A stretch of DNA of 63,961 nt, the filler included, from Basidioascus undulatus (taxonomy: Eukaryota), in the NCBI GenBank assembly GCA_000826855.1. It is 3 parts of 3 records of this genome, joined end to end, with 100 filler letters (N's around TTAATTAATTAA, not from the genome) between each part and the next. Parts side by side here need not be neighbours in the genome. Positions count along the whole stretch, not along the records: positions 43,468 to 63,961 come from JTLS01000370.1; 2 more parts are not named here. One strand, 5' to 3'. Both the position numbers and the translations under genes were made by a program. Of the stretch, positions 54,080-63,961 are shown one piece after another. A model generated the notes under the pieces. That model did not search any database, was not told the origin of the DNA, and saw nothing but the letters and a program-made list of their open reading frames with translations. How positions within the stretch are numbered: the first letter of the stretch is position 1; every line of letters begins with the position of its first letter.

Positions 54080-55214
54080 TCACGCCACAGCGAAATAGTT
54101 CAGCCTTCTCTGCTCGGTCAACGCCGCCTCGACCGCTGCGGAGTCTGCACCCGACCTTGCGAGCGAGACCGCGCCCCAGGAGCCCACGAAAACACCCCTC
54201 CCGGCTGTGTACGAGGCCGTAGCGTCATTACCGTCGTCGATGTTAAGCAAGTTAATGGCGGGAGGAGTCGTTGCGGTGTCCAAGATTCGCCCGAGCTGCT
54301 CCTCGTTGTGGTTTGCAACACCGATGCTTCTGTGGATCCCAACACCTCACCATGAGTGCAAGATCAATGTAGAATTGGGGTAGAGAAGACCTAATTTGCA
54401 AGACCGATAGCTTTCATCCATTGAAACAGGTTCCACACGCGCGCCCAGTTCCCGATGCGGTCGGGGTAGTCGACTGTGTTTGGCGTTTCAAACACGCGGT
54501 CAGCGAGCCGAACAAACCAGTAGTGATCAGACTAACCAAGGAACATATCAAGGTAAGGCACACCAAGCTGAAATGGGGAAGCTGTTCAGGAATGCTCCGT
54601 GAGCAGAGATTTAAGTGAGCGTACTGCACTGGCAATTTGCCACCACTCCACTTGCACGGTGTTGTTCCGTCCAAGCTCTTCGTTCCACAGACGGTCGAAG
54701 TGAGCAGTGATGTACAGCTGCTCCCGAGGGATGCCAGACTCCCTGATCGCCTGTCCGATACTGAACAAGTTGCCAGCCTCGGATTCGACGTCTGGAAGGG
54801 TCCAAACCATTAATCAACACTTACTTCAGTTGATACAGTGAACCATAGCGAGGAAACTTCGCTTACCTATATGCCTGAGCAGCTCGGCCCGCAAGTTGAG
54901 TAACATTTCGTTCCATTGCAACTGTTCGGAGCTCACCTATATCCAGTTCTCAGCGCGCGAAGGGCCTCGTCGGTAGCCGCCGCAGCATCGAGGGAGGCAT
55001 CGATCCGGAAGGCTGGAGACGGAATCCAATTGCCATCATTGAGCTGGTACAGCTGGTGGCCAGGGAAGTTCGGACGTGGCTGTTGGTTCCGCGTCGTTTG
55101 AGGCGCCGGGAGGGTGTCTTCGAAGACTGGCACGCCTTGTGCATCGTAAGAGAACAGCTGCGCCGAAGCGGCCATTGCGAGCGGGACGAGATGCAGGATC
55201 TTTTGGGAGAGCAT
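54080..55214 (-). pseudogene. Secreted aldo-keto-reductase-like protein with degenerate active site; last intron donor appears mutated
   Basis: Signal-like MLSQKILHLVPLAMAASAQ; AKR landmarks LNDGNWIPSPAF, ALRTGYR|HI, IGQAIRESGIPREQLYIT, LGVPYLDMFL, GLAK|SIGVAN, PPAIN. The expected donor at 54394 reads TTAGGT instead of GTAGGT. Confidence 0.6.
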
Positions 55215-55887
55215 GGCAAGGGATGGATCGATGGAAGATGGAGAGTATGGACACTTCCAACCCTGCCTGCTTTTTAACTTGTTGTATGAGGAACAAGCCA
55301 AGGCACTAGAGGAATTTCAGCACAGAGAATGGTCATAGCGGGTATGTGTTCAAGCCTCCAAAAGCTCGGGTGTGCTCGCTAGAGACGATTCGTAGTCTTG
55401 ACGTGCGTGTCGCAGCTCCTCTGCGGTAAGGGCTTGCTTGGCTGTCTCTTGACTTGTCTTACCACTTGATCCCGAGCTGACGCAATGCTGTCTCCTGGGC
55501 CTGAGATTCTTGAGTTCCTGTTCCTGTTCCCAAGTCTCGGGCTGGATGTCCGAGGTGCGCTCTTATAAGGTAACTTCGCTAGTCCGCTAGGTACCGTGTG
55601 GTTTGTGCTGCTCCAGATAGCGAACCAGATCATATGGTTTGAAAATAAATAGAGCTTTATAGAGTCAAATTCTTGTTTTCATTGGTAGAGTGTGAACAAA
55701 TACAACCGGCGGCACCGCCAGGCGGCCCGTCGATAAACCAGTGGCGAGGCGTCATTTGGCCGCTCCCTTCCTCCGTGCGTCACTTTAGAACGTTCCTTGA
55801 CCATCAAGACGCATCTTCACCTACCAAACCAACCTCAATAGACGTCTGCAAGCCACGTCCAGCCAGCTGCTCTACTCAACGCGCGAA

Positions 55888-57300
55888 ATGTCGATGCACA
55901 CCCCCGGTCTGCGCCCAGCGACACCACGTTTCCTTCCCGCAGAATCCTGGAGGGGACGCGACTACTTCGAAGCGCGGTTCCCAGGGGAAGGGAGATACTG
56001 GGACAGCCTGTGGGGGAGAGCGGGAAACAGGGCGGTCTGGGCCACGGGTATGCCTTGGGAAGTTGCAAGAGACGCGTGAGTCGTGCGTTCAGAGCCAGTG
56101 CGCTCACTGCCGCTACTGATCACGAGCCGGGGATCTACCACAGGCATATGAGGCTGTATAGCACGAGAGGGGTAAACACATCCTGATACTCCTAGTCCCT
56201 CTAACGAAGCTCACCGATATCTTTGATGAGGTGACAGTACGACTGGGCGATGCTGTCGCCCGAGGAGATTGGCGCTGCGGCCGCATACCAGTGCGTGTCC
56301 AAGACTGGCTCCCGATAAAGTCTTAGCCAGGCACTGACGCTCACAATCAGGGCTCTGCGCATGTGGCGCTATTACGGGCGGTCTCGCTTCTACGGCTCCC
56401 TGTGCGAACCCGAGCTCAACCGTGAAAAAGTGAGTTTACCTTGGCAAATCGGCGTGCGCCTGCAACTGAGCCAACCGCGTCGACAGGTCGTCGGCATCGC
56501 AATTGCGGAGTGCCGACAGTAAGATACATCCAAATATATTATGGTTTACCGGGTATTTGCTGATATAGGAAGGAAAGGATGTGGATGGAGACACGTGTCG
56601 GGGACGTGGGCGCATACGACTTCGCATGCGAGACTGCAGCAGCGAAAACTGCTGCACGCCTGTATGACGAGGTGTGCTATCTGTTACTGTTTACTGTTGA
56701 CTATCTCTGAACCTCAAATACCGTTCAGCTTGATGAAGAGAGGTGGTGGCGGGAAGGGGGAGGAGGGTACGAACGCTCAGCCTACGGATCGTCGGTTGGA
56801 AGAGGCTACATGGACGACGCGTACTACGACAGACCTTATGATCGCGGCGGTCAGTGTGCACTTGCACTTTACCACCATGGTAGCCTTGCTTAACACGCTT
56901 GCCTCAAGGCTATGAGCCGCTCGCCCCGGGGCCTGTATTGGTGGCATTCCCTCCGGACGCTTACGCGGTCTCCGCGCCGCCTTTCCCTCCCCAGCCCAAG
57001 CCGGTTCTCTACCCGGTCGCCGTACCGGTGGCGCAGCCCGTACCACAGCCCGTGCCACTTCCAGTACCGATGGACCCCTTGACGAGCCAGATGCACGGCG
57101 CTTACAGCGGCGGCATGATGGGCGGCCTGGGGTGGGGCGGTCTTGGTGGAGGATATGGAGGAGCGTACGGTGGCGGAGGAGCGCATGGTGGTGCTGGAAC
57201 ATATGGGGGCTATGGCACTTATGGTGTCCAACCGGGATGGTACGGGGGCTGGGAAATGCCAGAAGGGGAGAGGCTGAGGCGCATGAAATACGGCTATTGA
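55888..57300 (+). CDS. Hypothetical protein with helical domain and Pro/Gly/Tyr-rich tail (multi-exon)
   Basis: Exons splice in frame: GMPWEVARDA|HMRLYSTRG|YDWAMLSPEEIGAAAAYQ|ALRMW...|VVGIAIAE...ACETAAAKTAARLYDE, then GYGG-rich C-terminus ending RRMKYGY*. Confidence 0.65.
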
Positions 57301-57873
57301 CGACTGTACTTCGACGAAGCCTGCTATCCTACGTTTTCTGTTCTTCAACACTTGCAATCGCTAGTTTATACCTTGTTTCTTGTTATTTTTTGGTCTGCGT
57401 TGCCGATACGATTGATGGTGTCAGCCCTTCTTCGGAGTGCGCGCGTGTGGTGTGCGTGCGCGAGCGGACTGACTGGCTTTCACCTGAACTTCGCAATTAT
57501 CTGTTCCCTGCCTGGGCAAGAGGGCACGTAGTTAAAGGACACGCTCTGCTCACATAAGCAGACCCAGACGCCAGGAGCTGGTGAAACCGAAAATATGCAG
57601 TGTTGTATGCGAGCGGTACGAACAAACCAAGAACGTTTGTGTGGTGTAGTATGCGAGAGCGAAGTGTGTGCGCAACCGAAAGCCCAATATGAGAGAGGGA
57701 GACTTGTGAACGTGAGAAACCAAAAGGAGCGACGGCATGATGCTCGACGTATGTGTAACGTCTGAGAGCTATAAATCGAAAGATACAGCAGCGCGCGGAA
57801 ATGGAGAGTGTTTCTGATTTGGGGTAATGAATAGGATTAAGAGAGGATCACCGGGAAAGGGAAAAAAGACAGG

Positions 57874-60800
57874 TTATGAGGAGGTGCGTGGCGGCGCGCT
57901 GTTGACAAGCGTGGTCGTTCCCGAGTGCCCTCGGCGGGGCGCCTCGAGGTATTGCTGGATCTCCGCCAGCCAGCGCCGGGCGATGCCGCTGTCCTGCTTG
58001 AACGTGAACTCCAGCTCTTTGTCGCCCTGGGGTAGACACGCGGAGTATACGTCAGACTCGGCGGGAGAACGGAGGCGGGAAGAACGGACGTACGGCAAGC
58101 ATGGCGAGCTTGTTGTCCGCGACGAGCCAAACCCGCGCACGTTCCGCGGCGTCGCCCACGCCAAGATCGATCTGGAAAAATAAACGTGAGGATCAGCGGC
58201 TAGTGGGCTGCAGAAAAGGAGTCCCGAAATTCACCTCGAACTTGATCTTCATGTTTTCCTCCTTCACGCAGACCAGCCTGGGCAGGTCCGTGAGAAGGAG
58301 CCATCGCCGTTTGGTGGTGAGGAAGAGCGGGCCTTGCACGCGCAGCTGCACGGGCGAGGTGAGCGCGAGCGTTTCGGTGTTGAGCAGGAGGGCCGACCTG
58401 CAACTCAACATCATGTAAGCCTCGACGAAAAAGATGGGCCTGAAGGTGATAAATAAGAGAACGCACCACCGCTCCCCAGTCATCGTATGTGTCGGGCTAG
58501 ACGCCGCACTCTTCCATCCGAAGAAGCTCCTCTTCGGCTCCTCGACATCGCCTGGAGTTGGTCCCGGGCTGTCGCTGTCCGACCCGGCCGCTTGCGACAC
58601 ACTCGTCGGGGACAGGGGCTCCTGCTCGACCGGTGAGGGCCCGAGATCGGAGCTACCGTCCAGCCCGTCGTCTTCGTCCGAGTCCCAGCCGAAGTCAGCG
58701 AACGACGGGCGCGCCTGGACGGGTGGCGGCGGCGGCGGCACGAGGCCGGACCTGATCTCAGGCGCGGGAAGAGTCCAGATGGTCGTGAAATCGATCGAGT
58801 CGAACCAAGGGTGGTTGCGGATAGCCTCGATGCCGCCCGACCCGGACCCGAGACGGTCGGATGGCTCGAGGACCTGAGAAATCGGAAGGCAGTGTCAGGC
58901 GAGCAGGGACGCGGGTGTGCTCAATGGCTATGAGAGCCTACGAGTAGCTTCTCGACGAGATCCCTTGCAACGGACGGGAAGTTGTCGGGAAACTTGTACT
59001 CGAGCCGCATGATCGTCTGGAACGTGAGGTATTCGTTCGGGGCCTTGAACGGCGGCCGGCCCGCGAGCATTTGAAAGATGATGCAGCCGAACGCCCAGAA
59101 GTCGCAGCTGCCCAGGCGCGTTCAAATCAGCATTGCTGTCTAATGAGGAGTCCTGATCATGGAGAACTCACGCTTTGCCTGCCGCCCGGTCGCGGAGGAG
59201 CTCTGGACTGACGTACTCCGCCGTCCCGACGAAAGAATTTGACCGATCCGCTACCGACGCAAGCACCATCAGCGAACGAAGCCCCAAACGTTTGGCGGAC
59301 AACGCCCACCATCTCCCCAGTCATACCCGTCCGGGCTGTCCCCGCTAGCCGCCGCTTGCTCGCCAATGCGTGCGCTGCCGAAGTCAGTCACCTTGACGTG
59401 CATGTGGTCATCAAAAAGGATGCTGTCGAGTAGAAAGTGTTTATTAAAGCGCTGTAAGTTGTTCGTTCAGCCAGGTCCAGGTGGACTTACTTCTCCGGCT
59501 TCACGTCTCTGCAGGTACGACAGAGGTCAGGGCTGCTCGCCGAAGCCACGATGCAGAGATGCCGCGTACCGGTGAATCACACCCCGGTCGTGCATGTACC
59601 CGATCGCGCTGATGATCTGCGCCGCGTAGTACTTGGCCGAAATCTCGTCGAACGAGCCCATCTGTGAATAGCATTAGCGCGGCGCGTTCGAACGCTGCGC
59701 GGGGCACCTCACCATCTTGATGTGCGACAGTAATTCGCCCTTCGGCGCGTATTCCAGCGCAAAGACTGCAGAGTTTATCAGCTCCCGGACGCATGCCAGA
59801 CCACGAGACAGCAGAGCGACTCACAAAGGCTGTCTCCCTCTCGGAAGGTGAACCACAGCTTGATTATCCCGTCATGGCCCTCGTGGCGCTCCCTCTTTGT
59901 CCGCCACGACTTCCCCCTCCCACTGCCATTCATCGTTGGAGTCGTCGGCTCGGCGACGGGCGATCGCGTCCGACTGCGCGGTCGCCCTGGGCCCGACGGG
60001 CCGGGCGTGCCGCCGCACGGGCTGTTGAGGAGCTGCAGCGCGTTCTTCTCGATCGTGACGTATTTGACCTTGTTCTCCTTGACGATGTGGTGCTGCGAGA
60101 GCTCCTTCATCGCGTAGACGCGTCGAGGTCGAACGGAAGGCGGAGGAGGGGAGCTGCGAGGAGAGGAAGTGGAGGAGGTCGCGGAGGATGCGGAGGTCGC
60201 GGAGGAGGGCGCGGAGGGTATCGAAGACGGGGCCAGACTCGAGGATGAAGCGGGTGATGGTGACGGGGAGGCCGACGCGCGTGGAGTGGAGGCGGAAAGA
60301 GTGGGTGTGGTGGGGGATGGAGGATGAGGTTTGTCCCAAGCGAGCGTGACCTGTGCCGGAACGCAGGCATGAGCAAGCGTGCTCTGCCACAACGTAGCGA
60401 GCAACACGGGGTGACAGAGCGGTTACTCACAGTGCTGTAGCTTCCCTCTCCGATGACATCTCCCCACTCAAAGTCATCTCTGCACTTGATGAGGCCCCTG
60501 GCCGAGGAGCGCACCGAGATCGTGCTCGCGCTCCGGATCCCCGCCCCGAGCGTCGCCCGTGTCGCGGGTCCGTTCATCATGGGACGCTGCCTCGATGGGC
60601 TAGCTGGCGGCGTCGGCGCGGTCAGATGCGGCGGCAGAGGAGGGGTGATAGTCGCCGTGCTTGAGACGGAGAGGTCCCTGGCACGGTGGCCAGGGGCGCT
60701 GGGCGGACGCAGGGGCGCTGGCTGCTGGATCGAGCGGGGCACTGCGGTCGTCCCCCAGGGCACTGCGCGAATGGGAGCTGCGGGAATGGAGGCGGTCGAG

Positions 60801-60982
60801 GATACGGTGTCGGTGTTCGAGGTCGAGGAGGAGGTTGTGCTCGTGCTCGTCGTGGACAGGTTGCGGTTGAGCTCCGCCTTGTTCGGCGGGCTGTCGGTCG
60901 AGGCGGTGTCGGTCTCCGCGTCGCCGCCGACATCGGCGTCGTTGATCGTAAGCGACGACAGCGCTGGGGGTGAGCTCGTCAT
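57874..60982 (-). CDS. PDK1/Pkh/Ksg1-like Ser/Thr kinase with C-terminal PH domain
   Basis: DFEWGDVIGEGSYST, YAMKEL..HIVKENKVKYVTIEK, VIHR|DVKPEN, VTDFGSA, SNSFVGTAEYVSPE, PPFKAPNEYLTFQ, KRRWLLLTD (PH domain). Confidence 0.95.
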
Positions 60983-61886
60983 GGTGGCTGTAAAGAAAAA
61001 GCAGTCTGGAAAGAGCGAGGGTGTTGCCTGACGCGCCGGAAGGGCGCGGGCTGGAGAGAGAAGACACCGGAGCTGCTGAAGCGGGCTGCTCCTTGCCTCG
61101 GCCGGTTTCGCGCGTAGCCACCAGACTCGATCGGCTTCAACGTGCGACGGCCTTCTGCGTCGGCGGCAACGGGGACTGGGACGACTGTGATAGCCCCAAA
61201 GGGCGTCGAGATGGCGATAGGAGGCAAGGAACGACGGCGGTTCAGTTCAGGCGAAGTCGCTCTCGAGCTCAAGGCCTCGATCGGCCTTTAATCAGTACGC
61301 TCGCTGCCCTGAGCCTCCGTGCGCACGCAGCCTTAATGGTGGAACGGAGTGCTGCATCTACTTGTCGGCAGCAATGCCTAATGTTATTTTTTCGTTCTTG
61401 GTCGCAGTTTGCCGTGTACATTTCTGGTGTGGTACACATGCTTTCAGCACAGGCATCTGGACGTAGGTACCTCCACCAGTCATCAATAGACGAAACGACG
61501 ATCAGTGATCCTCGCTCAAAGAAGCGGAAAGCGACCTGTCCCACGGCTGAGAATAAAGTACGGCTGTGACAAGCTGTGAGCTCATCCGTGTTCGGACTGC
61601 TTTTAAACTGCTTTATACACCTAGTCGATGCTGCTGTACGGCGGGAGACCCAGGAGCCAAGAAACTGACGAATGGAAGCAGAACTTCAGCAGAAACCCGC
61701 GGTTGGTTGTACTACATGGTCACTGTATGGAGCCGGGTGCTGCATCTGTTGGCAGGTACTTCCCGTTTTAGGTGATTATATGCTCTTTCTCTTCCACGCA
61801 ATAAAAGAATCAGTGCAGCGTGGAACCGCAGAAAGCTACGACGGCAAGGGTCGACGCATGGGGAACGATGGCAGCCTAAGGCGGCT

Positions 61887-63961
61887 TCACATTCTCTGCT
61901 CAGATTTCCTCGCAAGGCAACCATTGTGTCGGTTTAGAGTGTTGTTTTCACACCTTGACAACTTCAAAATGCAGACGAAGGAAGACCATGAGAGACGTGT
62001 CATCATTCCCAATTCGTACGCTCGTAACAAACGTTCTTCAGCTCCAGCAACCCACAAGCCCAAACAAACCAACATCGGAAAGGAACAAGCAAAACGTCTC
62101 AAACACCCCAAGCGATACCAAGAAAGAAGAAAATCCAGCCTAGCACGAGAGATGCGACGGCAACCGCGACTATAGACCATGCTGTGAAGAGAGACCGGCT
62201 CGAAATCTTGAGCCTTCTCCTTCCGGGCGACCTCTGGGTCGACGCGAAGGTCCTCCTCGGGCTGTTCCTCCACGTCCGAGAGGGTGCCCGGGTGTTTCTC
62301 GTCTAAACGCAAGAAAGTTTTCCACCGAAAGTCAGAACACGTTCCAGCTGAAACAGGAAGGATGCTCTGCAACGCACCGGAAGTTGCGGACTTGCTGTCC
62401 TCGTCGACAGCCTGCGGGGAAACGTCCGTCCCAAAGAACTCGAGGTACATGCTCTTGACGGCGTCGCCATTCCTGCGCGGCGCCACTTCGAGGAGGCGGG
62501 CGGTGGACCAGCCGCGCCAGATGCCGCAGGTGAGACCGGGGTGGGCCGCGACGAAGAGGTAGATGTTCATCAAGAACGCGAAGGTGATGAAGGCCATCAT
62601 AAAGATGAGGACGTTGTCGTCTGGAAAGACAGAGATGCATAAGCTTCCTGATACTCTAAGCCGTCCAGACACAATACAACCGAATGGCACTTACACTCGC
62701 CACCCTGCTGGTCCTGCATGCGTCCAGCAGCGTTGTTGATCGTCAAGATGCCGGCACGAGTGATCGTACGCTTCAGCCTGCATGACGTTCAGAACTGTCT
62801 CAGTAAATGCCTCAAGATGTATACGCGGTCGGAGGCAACTAGACTCACGCATTCGCCGTCGAGAAGTACCGCGGGTCGGGGATGGACATGCGGATCGCGT
62901 CCTGGAAGATGAGGGCGGCCAAGTCGGAGACAGACTTGATGGCGTATGCCGCGTAGAAACCGCTCTTGTTGTTGGAGATGGTAAGGACCATGAATGTGAC
63001 CCACGACAGGACGCCGCTGTGTCGCGAAAGGAACGGTCAGCGACGACTGAAAGTGACTGCGAGCGAGGGTGTCCACCTACCAAGCGAAGAAGAGGGAAAC
63101 GGGTGTCCGAACCGGTTGAGATACAGACCGAGGAAAGAGTTGACAACAATCGCTGTATAAAGCATTCACGTCAGAACCGTCATGGTCACACAGCGATAGC
63201 TCGCAACCAAAAGGGGCGCCGCGAAAACTCACGGAGGATGAGGACGAGCGAAGAAATCCAGCCCGCGCTCACGCTGCTCACGCCGAGCTTCTTCTGGGCC
63301 AGCTCGGTGCTGATAGTGTTGAAGGACTTGTCGGGCGCTACGCTGAAGTAGACGAAGGCCAGAAGGAGAATGTAGGTCCCCGGGAGGGCGCGAATAGCCT
63401 CGAAGTTCACCATGGAACCGTGAGCCTTGCCCTGGAAGAGAGGCAGGGTAGTAAGGACTTTTCATCAGCAATGCAGTGGTGTATAAACAAGACTTGTGTC
63501 ATGGACGCACGGTGTACTTCTTGCCGGTAGAATGGTCGACGAGGTCGAACTTCCGGCGCAGGTAGATGTCATAGCGGTTCAGGGCGATGGACGTGATGAA
63601 GGAGACAACGCCGCTGTTGTGTTACGGTGGAAATGAGTCTCCAGTTCACGAAGGGCATTGTCACCTCAGAATAACTTACATGAAGCACGAGATCCACATG
63701 CTCCACCCCCACCAGCCTGTGTTGGTCGCAATGACCTGGAGATTGGGCTGTGGTTAGCGAGGAATGCCCGGCGGTGGAACTCATTCCTGATGGTATAAAA
63801 CATTGCACTATGTCACTCACATTGGCAGTGCTGCTCCCCGTGAACTCGCCAAGTCCCCCGATGCTGCTGAGGATGCCCATTCCGAGCATAAAGCCTTTGC
63901 CCTGACCGGATTCTAGTCCAAGGACTTGATCATCGAGCTTGGCTACGCGAACTACGAAGTA
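61887..63961 (-). CDS. MFS transporter (multi-exon); 5' end outside window
   Basis: Multiple TM segments: TYILLLAFVYFSV, FNTISTELAQKKLG...AGWISSL, IFQDAIRMSI, AGRMQD, NVLIFMMAFITFAFLMNIYLF, FACSFPMLVCLGLWVAG. Confidence 0.7.

Overview
Intron-rich, GC-rich fungal DNA, almost certainly basidiomycete: GTGAGT/GTGCGT/GTACGT donors, CTGAC/CTCAC/CTAAC branch points and short introns. The enolase C-terminus tentatively suggests Agaricomycotina. The window is three contigs joined by two artificial 100-nt N44-TTAATTAATTAA-N44 spacers (21642-21741, 43368-43467), so adjacency across those spacers is not biological evidence. The unspliced ORF track is largely misleading, so genes were rebuilt by hand from exons and conserved motifs. 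Contig 1: ARP3 (5' truncated), a small spliced CAAX lipopeptide/pheromone-like precursor that the ORF track misses, a class I glutamine amidotransferase-like gene, a MOSC protein, a decayed hypothetical gene, a siderophore-iron MFS transporter with GATA motifs upstream, a D-serine dehydratase pseudogene and a Ser/Thr-rich single-pass membrane protein. Contig 2: AGC kinase, enolase, a signal-peptide Pmu1-like histidine phosphatase, a hypothetical gene, HIS7, a PILS/auxin-efflux-family transporter, an alpha/beta hydrolase, an F-box pseudogene and a GRAM-VASt sterol transfer protein. Contig 3: Atf1/Aft1-like factor (3' truncated), palmitoyl-protein thioesterase, DCAF7/WDR68-like WD40 protein, GH128 glucanase, a secreted catalytically degenerate aldo-keto-reductase-like gene, a hypothetical protein, a PDK1/Pkh-like kinase and an MFS transporter. 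The most interesting items are the orphan CAAX peptide gene, the secreted pseudo-AKR, and gene decay concentrated in accessory genes. Family calls come from motif recognition only; no database searches were run.
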